Source: Eledone cirrhosa
Taxonomy: Eukaryota
Length of the DNA stretch: 64,000 nucleotides
Assembly (NCBI GenBank): GCA_964016885.1
Contig: OZ024743.1
Location: forward strand, 33,790,001 to 33,854,000
Reading direction: 5' to 3'
Both the position numbers and the translations under genes were made by a program. The notes under the pieces are model-generated. The model saw nothing but the letters and a program-made list of their open reading frames with translations, was not told the origin of the DNA and made no database searches. Positions within the stretch are counted from its first letter, which is position 1. The number at the start of each line of letters is the position of its first letter. Shown here in pieces: positions 30,168 through 44,153 of this stretch.

Positions 30168-32199
30168 TAACTTTGAATAACTTTGAAATGTTTTCGCCAG
30201 TATTGGCCCAGGCCATGTCTAACTTAATAGCACCACCTGGCGAAGTCTTTCAATTCAGGATTTGGGCACCATGGCCCATTCGAGAAGAGAATTACTGTTT
30301 GCGGAGACATATCCGGGTGTGGGTGGTTTGTCCGGGATTACTTGGAGGAATTTGTCCAAAGACTTCTTGAATTTTGTGTGGTCAGTTTCTGTTTTGACGT
30401 GTCCTGGTGTGATGTTGAAGAGAGCAGGGCCGATTGAGGTGAAATAATTGTGCCGTATTGTTGTTATGAGTTGCGATTTAGATTTTTGAATGGGACGGAT
30501 AGCACGGGGCCCAAGCCTTGGGTGTATCTTGAAGGCGATGCCAACATCATTTGGGCAGTGATGATGGAACATTTTCCACATCATGCAGATAATATAACGC
30601 TCACGGCGACGTTGGAGTGAGTAAAGTTTCAGGTTTTCCAATCGACCCCAGTAGTCAAGGTCTGACATGCCATCTATCTTTTTCGTGATTGCCCTTTGAG
30701 GAGCTTCAAGTTTCATGATACTTTGTTTCGTGTGGGGAGACCACAGTGGACAACAGTATTCAAGGTGTGGTCGGGCGAAAGTAGAGAAGAGAAGGATAAT
30801 GGTGCGGGAATCTCTCGACTGGAAGGTTCTGAGGATCCAGGAACACATTCTGCGGGCCATGTCAACTTTGCTGCTTATATGCGTGGTCCAGCTTATGTTG
30901 CTGTCCACGGTTACTCCCAAGTCTCTGATGTTGTTAGATGCCACGAGAGTTTCCCCGGAGGGAAGGGAGTACGGGAGTTTCAGAGCATCCTCTTTTCCAA
31001 AGTGGATCAGTTCGAATTTGTCTTCGTTCAGTAACATGTTGTTCTTTTCTGCCCATTGGGTAACAGCCAGTAGGTCTGACTGAAGGCTTATCCGGTCATC
31101 CACGCCATTGATGACCTTTTGGAGCTTGGAATCATCAGCGAAAATTTTAATGTTGCTGTGTTTGATGATGTCAGTGATGTCATTAATATAGATGATGAAG
31201 AGAAGTGGGCCCAACACAGTGCCTTGTGGGACTCCACTACTGACTTTGGCTGGGCTTGATTTGACTCCCTCAACTACAACATCTTGGGTTCTGTTTGACA
31301 GGAAGCTCTTGATCCACTGCAGCAGCTTTCCAGTGACACCAATATTGGACAGCTTTCTCAGTAGAATGTTATGATCAACCCTGTCAAAGGCCTTGCTGAA
31401 ATCAAGGTAGATAACATCAGTGTTGGAACCCTCTCCCAAGGCTCTCAAAATGTCATCAAAGTGATGCAGTAGTTGCGTCAGGCAATCCCTTCCATTACGG
31501 AATCCATGCTGGTTGGAGTTCAGCATATTGTTACTCTCAAGGAAGTGGGTCATTCGCGATCTCACCACTCGCTCAAATACCTTAATGATATGAGAGGTGA
31601 GTGAGATTGGACGGTAATTCACGGCAAGGGATTTGTTTCCCTTTTTGAAAACTGGGACAACAGACTGGGATAGAAGGTTTTCTGGCACATATCCAGCATC
31701 CAGTGAGTTCCGCCACAGATTGGCAAGAGGAGAAGCAAGTTGGTGTTGACACGCCTTCAAGACACAAGCAGGGAACCTATCGGGACCTACTGCTGAATTA
31801 TGCTTGATTTCCTTTATTGCTGCCAAGACATCAGGGGCGCCAAACGTTATGTCCGATAAGGTGTAATGGGGAGTAACATCGCCGATACAGCCCAGATCGG
31901 CCATATCAGGATTGCTGAAAACAGAGCAGTATTGTTTCTGCAGTATCTCACCCATGGTTTTAGCATTGTCTTGAAGAGTGCCATTTTCATCAATTAGAGG
32001 GCCAACAGTAGAGCCAGTGATTTTGTGTTTTTTTGCAAATGAAAAGAACACTTTGGGATTGAGTTTGATCTTCTCAATGGCCCAGGCCTCTTCAGCTCTT
32101 CTCTGATTGTTGATGAGGGACATTATGTTGTTTTGGAGGTTATGTTTTTTAATCTCTAGTGATGAAATGGCAGTCAAGTTGATGTGTTGCTGCTGACAG
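30168..32199 (-). mobile_element. 5'-truncated CR1-group LINE with open RT frame (30255-32199)
   Basis: [67 protein letters not shown]; tail (TTCAAAGTTA)n. Confidence 0.93.
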
Positions 32200-32242
<43 letters not shown>

Positions 32243-32255
32243 GTATATATATATG

Positions 32256-32335
<80 letters not shown>

Positions 32336-32633
32336 TGTATATGTATGTATGTATGTATATATATATGTATATGTATGTATGTATGTATATATATATATAT
32401 ATGTATGTATATGTATATGTATATATATGTATATGTATGTATATATATATGTATATGTATGTATGTATATATGTATATGTATGTATATGTATATGTATGT
32501 ATATATATATATATATGTATATGTATGTATATATGTATATGTATGTATATATGTATATGTATGTATATATGTATATATATGTATGTATGTATATATATCT
32601 ATGTATGTATATATATATATATGTATATATATG

Positions 32634-32672
<39 letters not shown>

Positions 32673-32695
32673 GTATGTATATATATGTATGTATG

Positions 32696-32726
<31 letters not shown>

Positions 32727-33155
32727 GTATATATATGTATGTATGTATATATGTATATATATGTATGTATGTATATATGTATATATATGTATGTATGTAT
32801 ATATGTATATATATATATGTATATATATGTATGTATGTATATATGTATATATGTATGTATGTATATATATATATATATATGTATATATATGTATGTATGT
32901 ATATATATATATATGTATATATATATATGTATATATATATATGTATGTATATATATATATGTATATATATATATGTATGTATATATATATATATGTATAT
33001 ATATGTATGTATGTATATATATATATATGTATATATATATGTATGTATGTATATATATATATGTATATATATATGTATGTATGTATATATATATATGTAT
33101 GTATGTATATATATATATGTATGTATGTATATATATATGTATGTATGTATGTATG

Positions 33156-33188
<33 letters not shown>

Positions 33189-33392
33189 ATGTATGTATAT
33201 ATGTATGTATATGTATGTATATATATATGTATGTATATATGTATATATATATATGTATGTATGTATGTATATGTATGTATATATGTATATATATATATGT
33301 ATGTATATGTATATATATGTATGAATATGTATATATATGTATATATATGTATGAATATGTATATATATGTATATATATGTATATATATGTAT

Positions 33393-33985
33393 GAATACTG
33401 TTGTCCACTGTGGTCTCCCCACACGAAACAAAGTATCATGAAACTTGAAGCTCCTCAAAGGGCAATCACGAAAAAGATAGATGGCATGTCAGACCTTGAC
33501 TACTGGGGTCGATTAGAAAACCTGAAACTTTACTCACTCCAACGTCGCCGTGAGCGTTATATTATCGGCATGATGTGGAAAATGTTCCATCATCACTGCC
33601 CAAATGATGTTGGCATCGCCTTCAAGATACACCCAAGGCTTGGGCCCCGTGCTATCCGTCCCATTGAAAAATCTAAATCGCAACTCATAACAATACGGCA
33701 CAATTATTTCACCTCATCGGCCCTGCTCTCTTCAACATCACACCAGGTCACGTCAAAACAGAAACTGACCACGCAAAATTCAAGAAGTCTTTGGACAAAT
33801 TCCTCCAAGTAATCCCGGACAAACCACCCACACCCGGATATGTCTCCGCAAACAGTAATTCTCTTCTCGAATGGGCCATGGTGCCCAAATCCTGAATTGA
33901 AAGACTTCGCCAGGTGGTGCTATTAAGTTAGACATGGCCTGGGCCAATACTGGCCAAAACATTTCAAAGTTATTATTCAAAGTTA
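33393..33985 (+). mobile_element. 3' fragment of the same CR1-group LINE in opposite orientation
   Basis: Near-identical reverse complement of 30168-30761. Confidence 0.92.
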
Positions 33986-34342
33986 TATATATATGTATGT
34001 ATATGTATATATATGTATGTATATATATATATATGTCATATATATGTATGTATATATATATGTATATATATATGTATGTATATGTATGTATGTATATATA
34101 TATATGTATGTATATATATATGTATGTATGTATATATATATATGTATATGTATATATATGTATGTATATGTATATATATGTATGTATATGTATATATATG
34201 TATGTATATATATATATGTATGTATGTATGTATGTATATATATATATGTATGTATATATATATATATATGTATGTATATATATATATATATGTATGTATA
34301 TATATATATATATGTATGTATATATATATATATATGTATGTG

Positions 34343-34391
<49 letters not shown>

Positions 34392-34723
34392 ATATATATA
34401 TATATGTATGTATATCTGGATGTATATATATATATGTGTATATATATATATATGTATGTATATCTGGATGTATATATATATATCTGTATGTATATATATA
34501 TGTATGTATATATATATATATATATATGTATGTATATATATATGTATGTATATATATATATATATATGTATGTATATATATATGTATGTATATATATATG
34601 TATGTATATATATATATATATATATGTATGTATATATATATATATATATATGTATGTATATATATATATATATAGTATGTATATATATATATATATGTAT
34701 GTATATATATATATATATGTATG

Positions 34724-34759
<36 letters not shown>

Positions 34760-34831
34760 TATGTATGTATATATATATATATGTATGTATATATATATAT
34801 ATGTATGTATATATATATATATATATGTATG

Positions 34832-34868
<37 letters not shown>

Positions 34869-34929
34869 ATATATGTATGTATGTATGTATATATCTATAT
34901 ATGTATATATATATATATATATATGTATG

Positions 34930-34966
<37 letters not shown>

Positions 34967-35014
34967 ATATATGTATGTATGTATGTATATATCTATATAT
35001 GTATATATATATAT

Positions 35015-35046
<32 letters not shown>

Positions 35047-35055
35047 GTATATATG

Positions 35056-35168
<113 letters not shown>

Positions 35169-35216
35169 ATATATATATATACATATATAGATATATACAT
35201 ACATACATACATATAT

Positions 35217-35281
<65 letters not shown>

Positions 35282-35318
35282 CATACATATATATATATAT
35301 ATATGTATGTATATATAT

Positions 35319-35662
35319 AGGCACATGGCTTAGTGGTTAGAGCATTGGCCTTGCAATCGAAAGGCTGTGAGTTCAATTCTCAGACCGGGTGATGTGTTGT
35401 TTCCTTGAGCAAGACACTTTATTTCACATTGCTCCAGTTTACTCAGCTGTAGAAATGAGATGATAGGGACTCCAGTCTCTATCATTCCACTGCAAAGTGG
35501 TCGTGGAGGTGCCACGGCAAAAAAGCACCCAGCACTCACTGTAAATGAGGTTGGTGTTAGGAAGGGCATCCAGCTGTAGAAATCAAGCCAGAATCAGTTC
35601 CCGTCCCACCCTTGCAAGCAGGGAAAAAGCGGACGTAAAATGAAATGATGATGATGATGATG

Positions 35663-35664
<2 letters not shown>
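35319..35664 (+). mobile_element. tRNA-derived SINE family A, full length
   Basis: Near-identical to 28506-28837, with (GAT)n tail. Confidence 0.92.
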
Positions 35665-35760
<96 letters not shown>

Positions 35761-35927
35761 GTATATATATGTATATATATATATATATGTATATATGTAT
35801 ATATGTATATATATGTATATATATATATATGTATATATATGTATATATATATATATATGTATATATGTATATATATGTATATATATGTATATATGTATAT
35901 ATATATATATATGTATGTATATATATG

Positions 35928-35961
<34 letters not shown>

Positions 35962-35969
35962 TATGCATA

Positions 35970-36018
<49 letters not shown>

Positions 36019-36186
36019 GTATATATATGTATATATATATATATATGTATATATGTATATATATGTATATATACATATGTATATATGTATATATGTATAT
36101 ATATATATGCATATATATGTATGTATATATATATATGCATATATATGTATATATATATATATATATTTGTATATATATATATATGT

Positions 36187-36219
<33 letters not shown>

Positions 36220-36220
36220 G

Positions 36221-36251
<31 letters not shown>

Positions 36252-36267
36252 GTATTTATATGTATAT

Positions 36268-36323
<56 letters not shown>

Positions 36324-36349
36324 GTATATATATGTATATATATATATGT

Positions 36350-37132
36350 AGGGCTTTCTTCTCACTACTAGATAAAAACTTCCCTCTAGGACACAAGTAC
36401 CACAACCTCTTAAACAAAAACACCATTAAAATCTCATACTCCACGACGCCTAACTTAGCATACCACATAGCTAGCAGCAATAATAGTAAAATTAGTTCTT
36501 ACTTCCAACAAACAAAATCGCAACGGGATGCAAACCCTCTAAATACCACTGTAGCAAGCAACAATAGCAACGGCAGTAACAATAGAAATAACACTAGTAT
36601 AAGTAATAACACCAGGGTTGTCAACCTGAACACCCAAAATCCTATACCCACCACACAGACTTCCGCATTGCATTATAACCAGCGGACTAACGCACAGAAT
36701 AATTGTAACTGTAGAACTAATAGAACCTGCCCTTTAGATAAAAAATGCCTAACCAAGGATGTCATATACTCATGCACAGTCACGACTAATAACTCTTCAG
36801 AAACCTATGTAGGCTCCACTTCTAACTGCTTCAAAATTAGATATAACTCGCACATCCACTCGTTCAAAAAGCACAGCCTAGCCAACTCCACCTCACTTTC
36901 TAGCTACATTCACTATCTAAAATCTAAAAATAAACCATACACACTCAAATGGGAAGTGATAGGCAGCGCGACCTCGTACAAACCACCTAATAAATTCTGT
37001 AACCTCTGTATACTAGAGACACACAATATTATCTTCTCCAACCGTAACCTACTTAACAAAAAATCTGAGGTGTTTGCAACTTGCCAGCACCGCCTCAGAC
37101 ATTCCTTCCAAAACTTTAAGCCCCATATATAG
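36350..37132 (+). CDS. Penelope-like RT C-terminus, Asn-rich linker and GIY-YIG endonuclease (partial)
   Basis: KISYSTTPN; CNCR..CPL..C; VIY...YVGST..FKIRY..H; CNLCILE; LLNKKSE; C.H. Confidence 0.88.
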   Translation, partial: RAFFSLLDKNFPLGHKYHNLLNKNTIKISYSTTPNLAYHIASSNNSKISSYFQQTKSQRDANPLNTTVASNNSNGSNNRNNTSISNNTRVVNLNTQNPIPTTQTSALHYNQRTNAQNNCNCRTNRTCPLDKKCLTKDVIYSCTVTTNNSSETYVGSTSNCFKIRYNSHIHSFKKHSLANSTSLSSYIHYLKSKNKPYTLKWEVIGSATSYKPPNKFCNLCILETHNIIFSNRNLLNKKSEVFATCQHRLRHSFQNFKPHI

Positions 37133-38574
37133 CAATGTTGGACTGGAACCTAACACCACATCTAGCATCAAACACCAGAGACACACCCTATACTACATAC
37201 CCAACACTAGCTGATCCATTATAACACAAACAACGACATCCCTCTGGAACCCTTCGCAGGGAAAATACCCATTTATACCTCTACGGCAGGTGTGACAACA
37301 TCCACCCACCTGGACGGCACTACACCGCTCTAAGGGTAATTTGAGCATGATTGATCGGTTGGATGGTGTTGGGCAGAGGAAACACCTTCCTTAGACAGAT
37401 GTAAAATGATTTAATCGAGTAGCGCTGTTGACCAGTAGGACCAGGCTGCTGAACGCAGTGAGTGAATGCAGTGCAACTGCCGTGCGGGTTGTACGTATAT
37501 GGATGATCTGACGGTCAGAGAGGGGTCGCGAGGACTGCGGATTGACCTTTGGCCTGCCTGGGGATGATTATCTTTCGACATCCAATGTAGCAAGCGATGA
37601 CCCAGATCTTACCAGAGATCATTGGGTCCTGAAGCAATCCTGCAATCACCGCGCCTGGTCATATGAGCAGACTACAACCATAGAGATCATTAATTTAGAA
37701 TCCTCGCTCATCATCTATAATTTCCATTTGTAGCACCTTAAGATGGGTTAATCCACCCTAATAATAATATGATCACCTTCAGCATAATTTAGTTAAACTA
37801 CTCTATAGTTAGTACACTTTATGCTTTAAAAGTCTCTCTTGGAAGGTGCACCTCGCCATAGAATTTAGGGTCTATATTGAGACACATTTTAATGGCTAGA
37901 TATAGAAACCCCAGAGTTACCTCCCCGCATGCATTAACTCCCCTTAGCCACACACACACTTCCGGTATTCAATGGCGTCTCTCGAAACGTAACACCCTCC
38001 TGTATCGAACTAAAGAACACCAGACTACGATCTCTAACTGGATTGTCGTGGATTATGTGAAAGGCATATAATCGAAATATACACTCCCTTGACCATGAAA
38101 ATACCGAAGTACATGAATTACTTGACATCCCTGCGCTGTGCATCTCCAATACTTATAACACTTTTAATGCTTGCACTATCTTTAATGCTTATAATATTTC
38201 TCCACACACAGACTATATCAATCATATAAAGACTTTGCCACCAGATCTACCAACCTAACACTCTTATTTACCTACCTAAGTGCCTCTACCACACATATCT
38301 CTCTGCCACACTATATAAACAAGACGCACATGCGTGCCACACATATAACATTTGCACTATATAACCACTTATCTTCATGTTGTACTTTAACCTATATCTT
38401 TGATTTTTGATTGTACCTATTAATATAAATGTAATCTCGAAGTGTGTACTGCCACTCTAAATTCTGTAATGAATGTTGACCCACAATGTTTGAATATGTA
38501 TCAATGTTTGAATATGTATTGGTATGTCTCTCGGCTGAAAAGGAGGTCATATAACTGTCCATGCATTAATAAAT

Positions 38575-38621
38575 TGCTCCGAAGAATCCAAACCTCGGTT
38601 TGGAGGAAACAGCTGTAAGCA
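38575..38621 (+). ncRNA. Minimal hammerhead ribozyme of the PLE (U4C core variant)
   Basis: TGCT-CCGAAGA-a TCCAAACC tc GGTTTGGA g-GAAA-CAGCTG-TA-AGCA. Confidence 0.78.
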
Positions 38622-38832
38622 CAATAATGTTTTGAACAGTTCTTTGATTCTTATATTTCATATAACTGCTCTGTAAATCATCTGATGTTTTTACATTGAG
38701 CTACTTAACTTACTGGTAATAAGGTAGTAATACATTACTGCCTACCACTATTTAGGGTGTGTGTAAAATACTTACAACTGCTTAAGGTTTTGTGTTTACA
38801 TAACCATAAATAGTATAACTAATACTATATAT

Positions 38833-38943
<111 letters not shown>

Positions 38944-38981
38944 TATATGTAAATATATATATATGTAAATATATATATATG

Positions 38982-39012
<31 letters not shown>

Positions 39013-39027
39013 GTATATATATGTATA

Positions 39028-39135
<108 letters not shown>

Positions 39136-39143
39136 TATATATG

Positions 39144-39193
<50 letters not shown>

Positions 39194-39205
39194 TGTATAT
39201 ATATG

Positions 39206-39236
<31 letters not shown>

Positions 39237-39397
39237 GTATATATATGTATATATATGTATATATATATATATATGTATATATGTATATATATGTATATAT
39301 ATATATATATGTATATATATGTATATATGTATATATGTATATATATGTATATATATGTATATATGTATATATATATATATATGTATGTATATATATG

Positions 39398-39442
<45 letters not shown>

Positions 39443-39453
39443 GCATATATATG

Positions 39454-39503
<50 letters not shown>

Positions 39504-39691
39504 TGTATATATATGTATATATATATATATATGTATATATGTATATATACATATGTATATATGTATATATGTATATATATATATGCATATATATGTATGT
39601 ATATATATATATGCATATATATGTATATATATATATATATGTATGTATATATATATATGCATATATATGTATATATATATATATATATTTG

Positions 39692-39741
<50 letters not shown>

Positions 39742-39747
39742 TATATG

Positions 39748-39882
<135 letters not shown>

Positions 39883-39906
39883 TATATATATATATGTATA
39901 TATATG

Positions 39907-40005
<99 letters not shown>

Positions 40006-40030
40006 GTATATATATGTATATATATATATG

Positions 40031-40129
<99 letters not shown>

Positions 40130-40154
40130 GTATATATATATATGTATATATATG

Positions 40155-40189
<35 letters not shown>

Positions 40190-40220
40190 GTATATATATA
40201 TGTATATATATATATGTATA

Positions 40221-40285
<65 letters not shown>

Positions 40286-40338
40286 GTATATATATATGTA
40301 TATATATATGTATGTATGTATATATATATATATGTATG

Positions 40339-40369
<31 letters not shown>

Positions 40370-40542
40370 GTATGTATATATATATATATGTATGTATATA
40401 TATATATGTATGTGTATATATATATATGTATGTGTATATATATATATGTATGTATATATATATATATGTATGTATATATATATATATATGTATGTATATA
40501 TATATATATATGTATGTATATATATATATATATGTATGTATG

Positions 40543-40575
<33 letters not shown>

Positions 40576-40580
40576 GTATG

Positions 40581-40611
<31 letters not shown>

Positions 40612-40959
40612 ATATATATATGTATGTATGTATATATATATGTATGTATATATATATGTATGTATGCATATATATATATATGTATGTATGTATATATATA
40701 TGTATGTATGTATATATATATATATGTATGTATATATATATATATGTATGTATATATATATATATATATGTATGTATATATATATATATGTATGTATATA
40801 TATATATATGTATGTATGTATATATATATGTATGTATGTATATATATATGTATGTATGTATATATATATATGTATATATATATATATGTATATATATATG
40901 TATGTATGTATGTATATATATATATATATGTATATATATGTATATATGTATATATATAT

Positions 40960-41690
40960 GAAAAAGAACACAAGAGCGTCTACAACATCAAAAGATTTTT
41001 ATTGGCTAACAATGTTTCTTCCTTACGTGTAACCGTAGGATTCATCAGAGCTATAAAAGGGGTTTGATTGGTGTTATGGACTCTACCAACCAAACACCCA
41101 AGAACAAAGAGTAAAGAGAGTAAAGAGCAAAAGTAGGGGACGATAAGTCTAATTTTGGTGCGGGAGGGTGGGGTGTTGGTCCTTGTTTACTAGCTGCGGT
41201 CATCGGGGGTCGGGTGGTTAGCTGAACCACAGATGGGGTGGCGTGGATAGTATGGTGCAGAGGCTACACAAACACAAAGGGCGTAGAATACATATATACA
41301 TATAGCGGAGGAGAAGGTACATGAGGTAATTAGAAGTGGAAAAAGAGTAATAATAATAATCTATAATTAATAGTGTATAATAAGGCATGGGGAAGATTAC
41401 ACTATAATAAGGTATAAAGGTAAGAATAAGGTAAAATATAAAGGAGGATAAAAGTGGAAATAATAATAAAGATAAAAAAATATATAGAGAATATATAAGG
41501 AAATATAAGCGAATATTTGGAGGGGAAAACACAATGTAAAAAAAAAAACGATTTTTTTCAAACAATAATAAAAAATAATAAAAATATAATAATTATGGGG
41601 GGAGAAAACAGGATAGAGAAATATGATCAAGTGTGATTCGTTGAGAGAATATAAGATGATAACAGTTGTGTCCGGTTTATACATCATCAT
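40960..41690 (-). mobile_element. Hammerhead-bearing non-coding insert (PLE 3' end / retrozyme-like)
   Basis: T-rich on the minus strand, HHR about 45 nt from the microsatellite junction; right boundary approximate. Confidence 0.65.
41005..41051 (-). ncRNA. Minimal type I hammerhead ribozyme
   Basis: Minus strand GCT-CTGATGA-a TCCTACG gttaca CGTaAGGA a-GAAA-CATTG-TT-AGC; stem I extends by ttttat/ataaaa. Confidence 0.8.
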
Positions 41691-41693
41691 CAT

Positions 41694-42762
41694 CTATGTC
41701 CTAATTTCACACTATATCATATTTTCACCATTCTATATCATATCTTTTCTCTAAAAATCATATTTTCCCTATCACCGCATTTTCTCTATCGTATTTTCTT
41801 AAACAAAACAAATCTTGTATTTTCGTTTATTGTTAAATTATGCCCAAAATACGGCGATCTTATCTTAAACCTTACATTCTGTCATATTTTCATATTCTGT
41901 CGTATTTTCATATCAAAACAAATCACTATTATATATTCCTTTAAATATAATTTGTTAAACTTGCTAAGTTTTACGCAAAACTTCGAGTACCTATTTAAAC
42001 TTTTAACCTCTGCTTCATCCCATATTCTACCCCCTACCCATTCATCATGCTGGTTCCTGCCCCCCCCCCTCCCTATACATATAAGATAAAACCCTACCAA
42101 AATTAATCAAAATCGCCAACTCGCTATTTCTGGGATGGCTGTTCCCTTCGGTATAAAGTAACGTTCAAATTTTTCTCGATTCTTCTCTCCATTCGAACCC
42201 ATTCATTCAATCACTTCTATGTCCTAATTTCACACTATATCATATTTTCACCATTCTATATCATATCTTTTCTCTAAAAATCATATTTTCCCTATCACCG
42301 TATTTTCTTAAACAAAACAAATCTTGTATTTTCGTTTATTGTTAAATTATGCCCAATTTTTTCTCGATTCTTCTCTCCATTCGAACCCATTCATTCAATC
42401 ACTTCTATGTCCTAATTTCACACTATATCATATTTTCACCATTCTATATCATATCTTTTCTCTAAAAATCATATTTTCCCTATCACCGCATTTTCTCTAT
42501 CGTATTTTCTTAAACAAAACAAATCTTGTATTTTCGTTTATTGTTAAATTATGCCCAATTTTTTCTCGATTCTTCTCTCCATTCGAACCCATTCATTCAA
42601 TCACTTCTATGTCCTAATTTCACACTATATCATATTTTCACCATTCTATATCATATCTTTTCTCTAAAAATCATATTTTCCCTATCACCGCATTTTCTCT
42701 ATCGTATTTTCTTAAACAAAACAAATCTTGTATTTTCGTTTATTGTTAAATTATGCCCAATT
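41694..42762. repeat. ~202-bp tandem repeat (3 units plus an upstream partial unit)
   Basis: Units at ~42168, ~42356 and ~42558 (periods 188 and 202); partial copy 41694-41847. Confidence 0.9.
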
Positions 42763-43051
42763 TTCATCTTAATAATAAATAATAAACAATATGTGTATCA
42801 GAGTTTCAGAACCTTCAATTCACTTACGGGTTCAAGCCACGTGGCATGGTCCATTGTTTATCTGTGCGGTCATGTGCGTTTGTTTTTGACACCACAGCAG
42901 ATTGACAAGTTTGTAAATTCCATTGCAGATAGAAGTAAATTTTTGCTCACCCGGACATTGACCGAGGATCCAATATGTATATATATATATATGTATATAT
43001 GTATATATATATATATGTATATATGTGTATATATATATATATGTATATATG

Positions 43052-43082
<31 letters not shown>

Positions 43083-43889
43083 ATATATATATATATATGT
43101 ATGTATATATATATATATATGTATGTATGTATATATATATATATATATATGTATGTATATATATATATATATATGTATGTATATATATATATATATGTAT
43201 GTATATATATATGTATATATATATATATGTATATATATATGTATATATATATATATGTATATATATATGTATGTATATATATATATATATGTATGTATAT
43301 ATATATATATATATGTATGTATATATATATATATATGTATGTATATATATATGTATATATATATATATGTATATATATATGTATATATATATATATGTAT
43401 ATATATATGTATGTATATATATATATATGTATGTATATATATATGTATGTATATATATATGTATGTATATATATATGTATGTATATATATATGTATGTAT
43501 ATATATATGTATGTATATATATATATATGTATGTATGTATGTATATATATATATATGTATGTATGTATATATGTATGTATATATATATATATATGTATGT
43601 ATATATATATATATATATGTATGTATATATATATATGTATGTATATATATATATATGTATGTATATATATATATATGTATATGTATATGTATGTATATAT
43701 ATATGTATATGTATGTATATATATATGTATATGTATGTATATATATATGTATATGTATATATATATGTATATGTATATGTATATATATGTATATGTATAT
43801 ATGTATATGTATATATATATGTATATGTATATGCATATGTATATATGTATATGTATATATATATGTATGTGTATGTATATATATATGTG

Positions 43890-43928
<39 letters not shown>

Positions 43929-44153
43929 GTGTATGTATGTATGTATGTATGTATGTATATGTATGTATGTATATGTATGTATGTATATGTATGTATATAT
44001 ATGTATGTATGTATATATATATGTATATATATATATATATGTATGTATGTATGTATATATATATGTATGTATATATATATGTATGTATATATATATGTAT
44101 GTATATATATATGTATGTATATATATATGTATGTATATATATATGTATGTATA

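Larger units (their letters stand above)
36350..38825 (+). mobile_element. 5'-truncated Penelope-like element (Naiad-like)
   Basis: End of RT thumb plus GIY-YIG ORF, long 3' non-coding region, HHR near the end. Confidence 0.85.

Noticed and set aside
38532-38590. Second overlapping HHR (CTGAAAA..ggag/ctcc..GAAG)
   Set aside because: Two core deviations and no convincing stems I or III
37132-38825. SECIS / selenoprotein as in some Naiad elements
   Set aside because: No in-frame TGA in the visible ORF and no convincing AUGA-AA-GA hairpin
41694-42762. CRISPR-like array
   Set aside because: Long contiguous tandem units without unique spacers; eukaryotic context
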